64,000 nucleotides of DNA from Octopus sinensis (taxonomy: Eukaryota). Below are positions 47,235-60,285 of this stretch, piece after piece. Both the position numbers and the translations under genes were made by a program. Every line of letters starts with the position of its first letter. Within the stretch, counting starts at the first letter, position 1. The stretch covers positions 23,435,360-23,499,359 of the forward strand of contig NC_043019.1 of the NCBI RefSeq assembly GCF_006345805.1, written 5' to 3'. The notes under the pieces were generated by a model. It saw only the letters and a program-made list of their open reading frames with translations. It was not told the origin of the DNA and searched no databases.

Positions 47235-47610
47235 AAACTTCACATTGTCTCTAGAACTGGGCGCCACTGCATAGTGCCAAGGACTCCAAATTTGCCGTCA
47301 AGATGTAGGACAAGATACTGTGATAGCCTGGGCTTCAGAGGTCCACAGCTCTTCAATACCCTCCCAAAGAACCTGAGAGACCTGCATGGGGTGGATGCAG
47401 ATGTCTTTAAATAAAATTGGATCTCTTCGTGTCAGGTGTCCCAAATGAACCAACTTCACAGCAGGAGGTGCAGATGAGGGCAGCTGCATCGAACTCTCTC
47501 ATGCACCAAATGGCAATTGTTAAAAGCATTCGTGAAGTAAAATCATGTAGCAATACTGAATGGCGGTGCCCCAGCATGGCCACAGCTCATGAGCTGAAAC
47601 TAGATAAAAT
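47235..47610 (+). pseudogene. CR1/L2-group LINE 3' end (ORF2 C-terminus and 3'UTR stem-loop)
   Basis: RTGRHCIVP...DSLGFRGPQLFNTLPKNLRDL...VFK*KLDLFVSGVPNEP...RAAASNSL, then the tail GGCGGTGCCCCAGCATGGCCACAGCTCATGAGCTGAAAC. Confidence 0.8.
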
Positions 47611-48249
47611 ATATAAATATATATTGAATGTAGTTGTCAGCTTTCTTTGTCAGCAAATATTTTAAGGTCTTTAAACATGCTTAAATCTTATCAGATAACA
47701 GACACCACAATAAAAATAGGGATAGACACAGTTATATATCACTGACTGGATAAGTATGGAGATTTATTGAAACGGAGCTGATCAGAGAGACAGCGCTCAC
47801 TAGCAGTAACAGCAGTACACAACAGTTTTATAAACATTAGCTGTAAGATCTGTCATAACTAAATATTTATTAGCTGTAATGACTGAGTAAATAGTGGCTA
47901 ATGCTTTACAGGAGGTTTTTCAAGCTTTTATTTCATTTTTTGCTTTGATATGAAATAAGTTCTTTATTTTTATTGTATAAGTGTGATGGTGTGATGTTCA
48001 TGCCATTGCTTACATCAGTGAAGGGATTCCAAAACCTGAGCCAAGACAATCATAAACATAAGAGTATGCTCCTACACAACAGCTCCTCTGACAAATTCAA
48101 AAATATGAGGACACGGATTGTGTCATATTGCCAGCTGGAGACGATGTCTCCTGCGGCTAAATTACAGCAACATTAGTCCTAAACCAAGACTGCCATGTTA
48201 TGTTGGCAAACAATCTTTACTACAAAATCAGAAACATTCACTAGGTTTG

Positions 48250-48482
48250 ACTGTTAAGTTAAGTTAATTTTTTGGCTCAAAAAGTAAAAAGCAAGGCCAT
48301 GTAGGGGGACATGGAGTTATGTACAGGGAGGGTGTTCATGCAAAGAGTTCAGGCCATTTCTGGTCAAGAGAGACTTTGAACCAAGCGGTCATCGGCATCT
48401 TCACTATCTCATCCGGAAGCTTATTCCACGGATCCGCAACCCGGACGGAGAAAGCCCCTCTCCTTCGATTGAGATGAAACTG
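48250..48482 (-). pseudogene. CR1-type LINE 3' end with (AACTT)n tail
   Basis: RRGAFSVRVADPWNKLPDEIV...FKVSLDQKW* followed by a short 3'UTR and tandem pentamers. Confidence 0.82.
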
Positions 48483-49810
48483 CTTGACCTACTAGAAATA
48501 ATTCCTAGATCTCCCTTAAAATACACCCTGCATACTTAAAAAAAAGAAAGGAAGGACACACGATCCAATGAGTAGAGTCTTTATACAGTTGCCTGATCTA
48601 GTAGAAATACAAGTCAAATCTCCCACAAATCACACCCTACTATTTCAAAAATGACACACAAATGTGACCCTAGCTACATCATGTCTAGAAAATAAACAAG
48701 GTAAATAGTCACAGCTATTCCAGCCATCTTTTTGGATCAAAGTTCTGTTTGATTTAAGGCGACCTAGGGCTGAACAACAACACCAAATCCAACAAATACC
48801 AAGAGAACTTCTTACTGCTGAAGTAGCTTAACCCAAGAAAAACACTAATTGGACAAACAATGGCTACAAGGTTTTCCATGCATGACCACCTCGTCTGTTT
48901 CTATGTCCAAGGTTACATTGCTTTATGTCTCTATTAAGGTGGTAAAGTATGATCTGAGAGAAATTTGGCTATTATTTCTTGCAGAGCAAGCCATCACATA
49001 GAGACCTCCCACCACCACCTCCTCTTCAGTGTTGGTTTATGTAAGAACTCTTGTATCTAAGAGGTTAAAGAGTAACACATGCTCCAGCAATAATATCGGA
49101 TTACTGGTCCAGATATGTATGTATGCAGAGGCTCTGAGACAAATTTGGTAAAGCAGAATAAAACTACTTTCAGGCCCAGTAGGAGAAGTGTTCTCTCAAT
49201 ATTGAAAGGAGCTTTAAGAGGCCCAGTAGACAGTCACCAGCTCTCCCCAGAGTGATATGCCACTTAAAATAACTTTAATTCAGGAAGATAGATGCAAGTT
49301 TGGCTGTGCAGTTAAGAGATTTACTTCTCAATCACAGAGCTTTGCGTTCAGTCACTCTGTAGTCCCCTACAATAACTCTGGGCCAAGCTATGCTTTGTGA
49401 AGGTTTTTTCATAGATGGAAACTGAAAGAAGGTCTAAATATTTGTGCGTGTTTACAATATGCAGTAAGCCATACTGTAGACTGTGAGGTCATCATATGCA
49501 GGTGGACTGCACCAGTGACATTTGTTGGCATTTTCTGGCAAATTGTTTGCTTCAAAATCCTCTGGAATTAAAACTGGCTCACTTGAAAAAGTAACCAGAA
49601 GAGCATCTGATTATAAAACTTTTGTTTCAAGTACCTCCCCCGCTATAATCATTGCTCACATAGAAAAACAAATGTTAAATAAACAAACAAACAAACAAAC
49701 AATATTTATGTGAACAGCACACTGCCCAAGAAGCCACAGTTTGAGAGTCTCCGGATATGTTTATAGGAAGACAACAGCAACGAAGTAGCACAAGTGTCTT
49801 GAAACCATAT

Positions 49811-50720
49811 CATCATCATCATCATCATCATTTAATGTCCATTTTCCATGCTGGCATGGGTTGGACAGTTTGACAGGAGTTGGCAAGCCAGCGGCGAGCT
49901 GGCAGAATCGTTGGCAAGTCGGGCGAAATGCGTAGCCGTATTTCGTCTGTCGTTACGTTCTGAGTTCAAATTCCGCCGAGGTCGACTTTGCCTTTCATCC
50001 TTTCGGGGTCGATAAATTAGGTACCAGTTACACACTGGGGTCAATGTAATCGACTTAATCCCTTTGTCTGTCCTCTCTGTGTTTAGCCACTTGTGGGTAG
50101 TAAAGAAATCGGAGTTGGCAAGCCAGATAACTGCACAAGGTTCCATTGTCTGTTTTGGCATGATTTCTATGTCATGGTTTCTCAATGCCGACCACTTTAC
50201 AAAGACCTTTTTATGTGACACCAGCACCTACAGGGTTATCAAATAACTTGCAAAACAAAAAACCTCTCAGCTAGGAGAAGGAGTGGTACTGAAGGAGGTG
50301 GCTTTGTGCCAGTTGAGAGATTAGAATATGATAGAGGGATAGAGATAAGTGTCTTACTATAGAGGAGATACTTGGCTGTTCTGGTAGGAAAAGAAAGGAG
50401 CAATAGATTTAGAGACAAAGATAGGGAAACAGTCAGAGTGAAAGAGAAACAGATGATGTTGAGGATGCATCAGGACATAGACACAAGGTACAGTGAGGGG
50501 AATATTAGTGGTACTGAGGGGATGGAGGGGTGTTTTATAAGCGTGTGAGGGGAGATGCTGAGAGATAGGAAGAAGTGACGGTGAGAGAAGTTGAAGTGGC
50601 TGAGGTGGGGGGCTAAGGTAGATATGTGAGGGCATAGAGAATATGCAGGTAGGCATGTGAGGGTGAGTGGAGGGACCTGCAACAGGTGGTAATCATGGGT
50701 GGGGAGAAAGGGGTGTGTTG
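49811..50720 (-). mobile_element. Long family C element with a nested A2 SINE (49892-50110, plus)
   Basis: 16-bp TSD GGAGTTGGCAAGCCAG at 49876-49891 and 50111-50126. Confidence 0.85.
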
Positions 50721-50875
50721 AAAAGAAAAGTTGCAGGAGAGTTTTGATAGAAGACAAACTGTGTTGGGGGAGGCATGTTCAGAAAGGACATGCCTGTGCG
50801 TATGTCCACTATTTTACTCCGCTTGAGGTATCTTCTCAAGACAGCAAATCGCCAGATGTCACAGATCCTTGTCAT

Positions 50876-51236
50876 TTCCTTCGTCTGCCGTTATGTTCTG
50901 AGTTCAAATTCCGACGAGGTCGACTTTGCCTTTCACCCTTTCGGGGTCGATAAATTAAGTACCAGTTACGCACTGAGGTCGATGTAATCGACTTAATTTC
51001 TTTGTCTGTCCTTGTTTGTCCCCGCTATGTTTAGCCCCTTGTGGGTAGTAAAGAAACAGGTGTTTCGTCTGCCGTTACGTTCTGAGTTCAAATTCCGCCG
51101 AGGTCGACTTTGCCTTTCATCCTTTCGAGATCGATTAAATAAGTACCAGTTAATTAATGGGGTCGATGTAATCGACTTAATCCCCTCGTTTGTCCCCTCT
51201 ATGTTTAGCCTCCTGTGGGCAATAACGAAATAAATT
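50876..51236 (+). mobile_element. A2 SINE tandem dimer (period 184 bp)
   Basis: TCGTCTGCCG at 50881 and 51065; junction AAAGAAACAGGTGTTTCGTC. Confidence 0.9.
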
Positions 51237-51651
51237 TGGCATATGACCATTTCTCACCACTTCATCCCACAGCTTCCAAGGTCTACCTTTTCCATGGGTT
51301 TCCTCCACAATTACAGGTGAGCAATTCTTTATGCAGTTGTCCTCATCCATTTGCATTACATGTTACATTGAAAAGGGGATAATGTTGTGTGGAAGGGAAG
51401 TAACCAAAACATTGTTAAAATAAGCAATAAGATTTGCAGAAATTAGTGATGATCAGAGGCAGTAATTAATGAGAAATAGAAACAGCTTGAAACTGGAATA
51501 AACTAGTTTGATGTAAAGACAAGATGTCTAATGTTTCAGGCAGTGACTTATGTTGGAGATGGGTTTGTAAGTTTGCTTCTATATAAGAATACTGGATTTT
51601 TTAGACCTGTTTCTCAAAGTAAAGTGGAGCTACGAGGATTTTAAAAAATGT

Positions 51652-52024
51652 GTGGTAGGTAGCTTGCTTACCAACCACATGGTTCCGGGTTCAGTCCCAC
51701 TGCGTGGCACGTTGGGCAAGTGTCTTCTACTATAGCCTCGAGCCGACCAAAGCCTTGTGAGTGGATTTGGTAGACGGAAACTGAAAGAAGCCTGTCGTAT
51801 ATATATATGTGTGTGTGTGTGTGTGCGTGTTTGTGTCTGTCCCCCCAACATTGCTTGATAACCGATGCTGGTGTGTTTACATCCCCGTAACTTAGCGGTT
51901 CGGCAAAAGAGACTGATAGAATAAGTACTAGGCTTACAAAGAATAAGTTCTGGGGTCGATGTGCTCGACTAAAGGCGGTGCTCCAGCATGGCCGCAGTCA
52001 AATGACTGAAACAAGTAAAAGAGT
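51652..52024 (+). mobile_element. Family B SINE
   Basis: Full head-body-tail match. Confidence 0.9.
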
Positions 52025-52540
52025 AGGACAGGCAAATTGCCAAGTTTCTTAAAACTGAGATGATTTTAAAACTTCAAAAATTTGTCCAACGTCATTGTGG
52101 AGAAAGAAAAAGAATTATATATAGGTAAATTATTTAAAAAATTTTTTTCATTAATAGAGGATTTCACTAATTTTGGGATTAGTATTAGTTTAGACTAGTA
52201 TTTCCCAGCCTATGTTCTCCCAGGCCCCACTATAACTTTCCAGAAAAATATATGTCCCACTAGTGGTTGAAAACAAAATCTACTGGTAACTTTTATTATG
52301 AAACTGAGTACAAAAAAAACGTTCATTATTGACTAAGGAAAAAAAAAATGAATCACTTTCATGGCGATTACAGCACCACACCCCACCAGTGGGGAATCAC
52401 TGGTTTAGAAGAAACAATTTTTGTCAACATCTTGTGTATGTGTGTGAAAATGCGAATGAATGAATGTAAATGCATGTGTTTGTGTACATGTGTGGAGGTT
52501 GTGTGTATGTATATTTCTGTGCCTGTGTGAATGTGAGAGT

Positions 52541-52890
52541 AACTCTTTTACTTGTTTCAGTCATTTGACTGTGGCCATGCTAGAGCACCACCTTTAGTCG
52601 AGCAAATCGACCCCAGGACTTACTCTTCGTAAGCCTAGTACTTATTCTATCAGTCTCTTTTGCCGAACCGCTAAGTTACGGGGACGTAAACACACCAGCA
52701 TCGGTTGTCAAGCGATGTTGGGGGGACAAACACAGACACGTAAACACATACACAATACATATAAACGACTGGCTTCTTTCAGTTTCCGCCTATCAAATCC
52801 ACTCACAAGGCATAGGTCGGCCCGAGGCTATAGTAGAAGACTGAACCCGGAACCATGGGTTCGTAAGCAATCTACTTACCACACAGCCAT
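52541..52890 (-). mobile_element. Family B SINE (inverted relative to 51652-52024)
   Basis: Reverse-complement match, internal deletion in the head. Confidence 0.87.
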
Positions 52891-54432
52891 TCCTACGCCT
52901 ATAAGTAAAGGAATTTTAAAAAACAAAACACACACACAAAGCTCCATAGTCGGTTCAATCTGAGGTTCTGTTTAAGTCTAAAGAATGGTATAGACATGGC
53001 TGAGACAACAAGTAGATCATCTAAATGATTTACATTTAGTTTCAGACCATTTCGTTACGAGTTCAAATTTTGCTAGGATCAACACTGACTTACATATTTC
53101 AAAGATTCAAAATTTTCAATAATTTGTTTGACTCTTGTTAAAACCAATCAATTATATTGATTTCTAAGAGGGTTACTAAGTGGTCGTTCATCCTGCTGGA
53201 AACAGTACTAAAGTCTCCCTTGAATCATATCCTTCTGTTTTGAAAAAAGAACACACTGGAAAATGTAATTATACACAGCCATACCTGCATCTATGTTTAA
53301 ATCGCTCTTCGAAAAACTGGTGTTTGGGTTAAAACTAAATATCCTGTGATTTCTTACAGCTGAGCAACAAAGTCTTGTATAACTGACCGTAGAACAAAAT
53401 GGGATATAGCAATCATGCTTTATCCCCTTGTCAATGGGTGTCTTGAATGAAATTAAGTAGCTTTCAACTGGGAACGAACTCACAAAAGCAGAGAACAAAC
53501 GTACGTTACTGACTTATGGCTCACACACCCACTGTTTGTGTACACAAACACACACATGTATCTATAATTCAAACTCCAGGAGTGGCAGAAAACGGAAAAC
53601 GAGCGTCTGTACTTTATATAGGGTATATATATACAGGACATACACACTATACACACACACACAAGCGGACACTTGAAATATATTCATTAATACTTACTTT
53701 GGAGTGCTTGGGAGTGTTTACAAGTTTAAAAATACACTGAACATTACGCGTGCTTATTATTTGTTTTATAATTTCTCCACAGCTGCAGTAAAACTCGAGA
53801 TGATGTGGAAGAATTGTTTAATGCAAAATACAATCAATTTGTAACATTTCATGTCATGCCACAAAAGGAAAATATAAATAAGAGTTAAGCTGTTTAACCC
53901 CAAAATTAAAGAAAGGTGTTCTAAACATCCCCACACCCTTTTGACAAGCATTGCTCAGGTAGAACTATATATTTATGTCCCGGCCCTTTTCGAGACAGCA
54001 GACTGTGATTTGAGCAAGATTCGATCGCTATTTCCAGCAGATCGAGCGACCACGCAGGAGGCGTTTCCTTGTCGACTGAGTTATTTCTGTAGATTTTATT
54101 TTAAGCCAAGATATAAATATTATCATCACGTTTCTTGCCTGTCGTACAATGTTCCAAGCTTACAAAAATAATATACAATTACATATGTCATTTATTGTTT
54201 ACACACCCAGAACATATACCCAATTTAAACCCATTTAAAATATTGTTTGCCGTTGTGTGGAAAGAATTATATATATACACACACATATCTGAATTTTTAT
54301 AGCATGAAATATCCATCACGACTGGGATATTTAATACTATAAATTTTGGATAATAAACTCACTTTACTGACAGATATACGAGAGCATCTTCTCCCTGACT
54401 TATAGTCTCTTAGACGTCTCACGTGTGTATAA

Positions 54433-54473
<41 letters not shown>

Positions 54474-55124
54474 AAGATCTACATAAGTACTTCAGAAAGT
54501 CTATGTCCAATTATGAGAGTGGACTGCAAGCGTGTATACACACACATACACACAAACATATATATATATATATATATGGGTATTAACGAATAATGGAGCT
54601 TGTGTGTGTCTACGTTATGTAATACAACTACTTCTAATAATAATAATAAAATGAGTTACCAATTAAAAAATAACAAGACTTGATTTGAGTGTATGTATGT
54701 GTGTGGACACATAAACACAACACCATAAGAAATAGCAATTACAAGCAGATGCAAGCGTAAAATACAGATGTTATTCTCCAAACAATTGAATGTTTAATGA
54801 GAGAAAACGAAAGAATAGAAGAAACAAGCAAATATATCAATATATATATAATATATTATCGGATCGTTACAGGAACCAGAAAAATAATTTAATTTGACGA
54901 GGCACAAAGCCAAATTTCACAGGGGAAAGAGGTCTCATGTTATGGAATCTTCCTCCTGGGTCCTTATTTGACGAACCCTGACAGAATCAGAGATAAGGGT
55001 TCAAACTCTCTGAGAGAAGTGAGTTCAGAACCAAAAGAAATGACAATACAGACATAATGTCAAATGGTTAAAGTGATTTAGTTCGATGCTTGGTCCATCT
55101 CGGTTATTAAATAAATCGTCGTAA

Positions 55125-55200
55125 ATAGTTTCACTGTGACTAGAATGTAAAGTGGTTATTTAATAATTACCACTTTACATTCTAGTCACAGTGAAACTAT
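55125..55200. repeat. Perfect 32-bp hairpin with a 12-nt loop
   Basis: ATAGTTTCACTGTGACTAGAATGTAAAGTGGT / ACCACTTTACATTCTAGTCACAGTGAAACTAT. Confidence 0.9.
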
Positions 55201-55770
55201 AATGTTTCCCGTTGTGAATTTTCCGAGTCTCCCGTTCCGAGTCTCCCCCACCTCCCGTTCGCGAGCGCACATTTTTTTTTTTCCATATTCGTTTAGGGCA
55301 AGTTGTTTGACACCTATTACACTATTTTTCTTTCGTTTTTTTGCTCGGGTCAAACGCTTTAGTTTAACAAAATTTTTTAGGTGAAATCGTCGTAAATATC
55401 AAGGATTAAATAGCTGAAAGCAACAAGTTTGAGTATAGTGAAAGTAAAGTTACTAACGCTCCCTACGCAAAGAAAAACAAATGTTGGCAATAAACCCAAT
55501 TAATATAAGAAACAGAAAAAAAATATAATAAACTTTAGAAATGTTTCTTTGCCTACCTCACCTCGGTGGACGTAGAACATCGGTCAGTGCTTGCTAAATG
55601 TGGAACACGAACTGAACGAGATGAGTAATGCGAGAGTTAACCACTCTTGTTAGTTCCCGCTACGAGGGCTTGGTGGCGCTGGTGTTTAATTAATGTAATT
55701 CATTCCAGGAAACAAGAACCTGCCTCCAGTCGAGCTGCGGGGGGACAGCATTAACACTTTTATATGCCAG

Positions 55771-56353
55771 ATTTATTTCTTTATTGCCCACAGGAGGCTA
55801 AACATAGAGGGGACAAACGGGGGGGGATTAAGTCGATTACATCGACCCCATTAATTAACTGGTACTTATTTAATCGACCCTGAAAGGATGAAAGGCAAAG
55901 TCGGCCTCTGCGGAATTTGAACTCAGAACGTAGCGCTAGACGAAATACCTGTTTCTTTACTACCCACAAGGGGCTAAACATAGACGGGACAAACAAGGAC
56001 AGACATAGGTATTAAGTCGATTACATCGACCCCAGTACATAACTGTTACTTAATTTATCGACCCCGAAAGGATAAAAGGCAAAGTCGACCTCGGCGGAAT
56101 TTGAACTCAGAACGTAACGGCAAACGAAATACCTGTTTCTTTACTACCCACAAGAGGCTAAACATAGAGGGGACAAACAAGGACAGACAAACGGATTGAG
56201 TCGATTACATCGACCTCGGTGCGTAACTGGTACTTAATTTATCGACCCCGAAAGGGTGAATGGTAAAGTCGACCTCGGCGGAATTTGAACTCAGAACGTA
56301 ACAGCAGACGAAATACCGCTGGACATTTCGCCCAGCGTGCTAACGTTTCTGCC
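55771..56353 (-). mobile_element. A2 SINE tandem trimer with a single head
   Basis: Junctions GAAATACCTGTTTCTTTAC near 55948 and 56133; head only on the 5' unit. Confidence 0.9.
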
Positions 56354-57320
56354 TACTAGAAATATTTCTAATATAGACACAAGGCTAGAATTTTTTATTG
56401 AGAAGGGAACGGTTGGTTATATCGATCTCAGTACTTGATTAGTACTGTATTTTTCGATCTCGGAAGGATGGAAAGCAAAATAGATCTCGGCGGATTTGAA
56501 CTCAGAACATAAAGAATCGGAATAGATACTGCAAGGCATTTTCTTCTAACACCCAACTAAGTACCTGAAATATCTAGCAACTGTGAATAAATATATCGCA
56601 CAAGAAATTTCTGGAGAATCACCCAGTTAAGAACTTTTGACAACTGTCAGTAATAGCAATTTCAGTTGTTCTCAAATTAAAGAACAAAAAAATACTTAGT
56701 GAGTCTGTGTTCGATTGACTTGCTAGAAATAGCTACAAAATCTCCTTCAAATTACACCTTACAGTCTTAACAAGACGTTTTCAGGTTAATGTAGTTCTTG
56801 CTACACTTATACCTCCTTCTAGATTATTGCTTCAAAGTCTTTGATAATACTTTTTTGTTTTTGTTTTGTTTCTTTCGATCAAAGTTGATTTGAGGATCAC
56901 ACACAAGTTAGATCGTCACTACGTTCTCATTCGCCTGACCTGCTAGAAAATCTCCCACTAATCATTCGCCGCTGGAACTGCTTCCGTCATAAATATATTT
57001 GAACAGGACAGACTTAGAGGGAAAGCAACAACAATTAAGGAGTCTCTAAGTTTTGGAGGTGTTTTTTTTATTAAACTATTTTTGGCATTCCTTCGATATT
57101 GATCTACAGAGTGTCAGTATGAGGAGACGACGTCATTCACCCTCTTTTTCAGCTTAGTTTCGTTATGTATGTCGTGAGAGTAAGTTGTGAGGGAAGCTAA
57201 AAAATTTGCTTAATATATTTCTATACTTCTTCACCAGACTAATGAAATCATTATCATAATCAACACCACTACTGAAGTTACCACCTGTTCCTGTAAGCGC
57301 CAATATGACTTAAAAAGATA

Positions 57321-58092
57321 GGGCGGTGAGCTGGCAGGAACGTTAGCACGCCGGGCGAAATGCGTAGCCGTATTTCGTCTGCCATTACGTTCTGAGTTCA
57401 AATTCCGCCGAGGTCGACTTTGCGTTTCATCCTTTAGGGGTCGATAAATTAAGTACCAGTTATGCACTGGAGTCGATATAATCGACTTAATCCGTTTGTC
57501 TGTCCTTGTTCGTCCCTTCTGTGTTTAGCCCCTTGTGGGTAGTAAAGAGATAGGTATTTCGTCTGCCACTACGTTCTGAGTTCAAATTCCGCTGAGGTCG
57601 ACTTTGTCTTTCATCCTTTCGGGGTCGATTAAATGAGTACCAGTTACGCACTGGGGTCGACTTAATCCATTTGTCTGTCCTTGTTTGTCCCCACTATGTG
57701 TAGCCCCTTGTGGGCAGTAAAGAAATAGGTATTTCATCTGTCTTTACGTTCAGAGTTCAAATTCTACTGAGGTCGATGTTGCCTTTCATCCTTTCAGGAT
57801 TGATAAATTAAGTATCAGTTGCGTAATGGGTCAATCTAATCGACTGGATCCCTCCCCAAAAACTTTCGGGCCTTGTGCCTAGAGTAGAAAAAAAACTGTT
57901 AGCATGCAGGGCAAAATCCTTCACAGCATTTCGTCCTTCTTTACGTCCTGAGTTCAATTTCCACCTAGGTTGACTGTGCCCTTCATCCTTTTTAGGATTG
58001 ATAAAATAAGTACCAGTTTGGGCACTAAGGATGGTGTAATCAATTTATCCCCTCCCAGAAATTGCTGGCCTTGTGCCAAAATTTGAAACTAA
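57321..58092 (+). mobile_element. A-family SINE tandem array (head + A2 + A2 + A1-type units)
   Basis: Junctions ATAGGTATTTC near 57550 and 57730. Confidence 0.87.
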
Positions 58093-58799
58093 TGTGACTT
58101 CAAAAGATGTCAATCAGTTGGTTTTGCTTTGCATATGAATAACAAGGATCAAACTGGTAAAAAGTTGCAAGAATTTTATCATATTTAGAGAAAACTACTA
58201 GAGAGGCCAAGTCCAATATCTTCAGTCTTTGGTTCATAAATCCCTAATTAAGAACCCATGCTCAAAGTGATGATTTGATCAGCTAAAAATAGTTACTAAA
58301 CCTCCCTTAAAACACATCTGGTTGCCTTTAAAAAGAGGACAAATTAGATAATGTAATCCTAACGAGACAAGATGGTCATAACTAGGTTGGTTTTGATTAG
58401 TTTTGCTCATTTAAGTTGACCTTGGATTAAACAAGAAAAGGAAAAATCCATAAGGTATCTGTAGCTAACTGTTTGACCTGGGAATGTTCATCAGAGAAAA
58501 TAACCTTAGATAAACTGTGTCTAAATAAAAGATGGGAAGGTCATGGCTGGAGCACCTTTTGTAGTAGGTCTACATGACCAGGTCAGACCTAGGGCTAAGA
58601 GAAATAACAACAACAAAGTTTATTAACAGTAGCTAAGTCTAATCTAATTAGATCATTGTTAATATATTCAATTTGGAGGCGCGTGGCTGAGTGGTTAGGG
58701 TGTCAGCATCATGATCTAAGATTGTGGTTTCTAATATGTATTATATTAAAATATATAAAAATAATATCCCCTTAATATATCACTTTACCAATTAATTAA

Positions 58800-58977
58800 T
58801 ATGTCTGTGTGTATGTATGTTTGTCTGTTTATATATGTATATATATATGTATATATATGTATATATATATATATTATATATATATATATTTATATATATA
58901 TATGTGTATATATATATATTATATATATTATATATATATGTATATATATATATATAATATATTATATATAATATATA

Positions 58978-59029
<52 letters not shown>

Positions 59030-59040
59030 TATATATAAAA
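58800..59040. repeat. Long imperfect (TA)n microsatellite
   Basis: Visible; many shorter (TA)n/(CA)n tracts occur throughout the window. Confidence 0.95.
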
Positions 59041-59548
59041 CATATGAATTCACATTTTCAACTATTTTTGTTCTATTTACAATTTGTTTTCTTTCAATTT
59101 TCAATCAACCAACCATAACCAAGACAAAGAAATTCAAAAAATTGTTAACCAATTAGATTAAGTAAATGATTAAAAGTAATCCCTCCCCAATCCCCATAAG
59201 ATTTAAACTACTGCAATATTAATAAACAACGGAGAAGAAAGCTTACCACTTTTTCACTCAGTCTGTGAATTATCTTACATTCAAAAACATATAATACGGA
59301 TGTACATATTAGTATGTTTAAATGGAAAAAAAATTTATATGTGTGTATATATATATGTTTGTGCGTATATGTATGTGTGCATATGCATATATACTTTACT
59401 CATGTGTATGCAGAATAATATTGACATAACTGTAATAACTGTATGATATATTGATTGTAAAATTAATATCCTTATAACTTTCATAAACATCTGTTTATAT
59501 ATTATATTATACTATATATTTTATATACTATCTATTGTAAATAACAAT

Positions 59549-59587
<39 letters not shown>

Positions 59588-59591
<4 letters not shown>

Positions 59592-59776
59592 ATCCAAACA
59601 TGAAAACACCAAGAGAAAACACAACAACGCGAGGACGTGGAACAAATATAGTATTATTGGACGCTCAGGAAGGAAGGGAAGAAGGAGGGTTTAACGTTCC
59701 GAGCGGAGCTCTTCGTCGGAAACATAGGAGAAGGAAAGATCCAGAGAAGGGAAGACAGAGGAAAAAAAAATCGCCA
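59588..59776 (-). mobile_element. Family H2 element with hammerhead-like motif (59689-59723), abutting a family B head (59777-59928)
   Basis: Reverse-complement homologue of 21703-21850; 3' end in (TA)n. Confidence 0.78.
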
Positions 59777-60285
59777 GGCTTCTTTCAGTTTCTGTCTACC
59801 AAATCCACTCACAAGGCTTTGGTCGGCCCGAGGCTATAGTAGAAGACACTTGCCCAAGGTGTCACGCAGTGGGACTGAACCCGGAATCATGTGGTTTGTA
59901 AGCAAGCAACTTACCACACAGCCACTCATCATTATTAGTATTATTCATTTTGTTCACCATGCACAAGTATGTGTGTATTCATCATAATTTTATTTATTTC
60001 GTTTGATTTTAGGAAAATTGAAGTACGTCTTTAACAATTCCAGAGCGAATTGAACTTATATTGCGTGTGACATCTGGCTCAGCCTCTATATCAATATATT
60101 AGCCACATCAATAAGCTTCAGACACTTTGCTGGGAAATACAAGACACCAATGGTACATCAAAGCACAACAGCTGTCACATTCTGGCCAAACCCACCTTGG
60201 CTCACTCCATTATCAACAACACTAGAATCTAGAAGACACACAACCAAGGCTTAGGTGTTTGTTCTGTCATGGCTGGCAAGGAACT

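Noticed and set aside
53208-53498. 96-aa minus-strand ORF
   Set aside because: No recognisable domain, non-ATG start, and no partner exons identified.
55141-55160. miR-1-like sequence TAGAATGTAAAG
   Set aside because: Seed mismatch (TAGAATG versus TGGAATG), the 3' half differs, and it lies on the 5' arm of a perfect stem unlike real miR-1 precursors.
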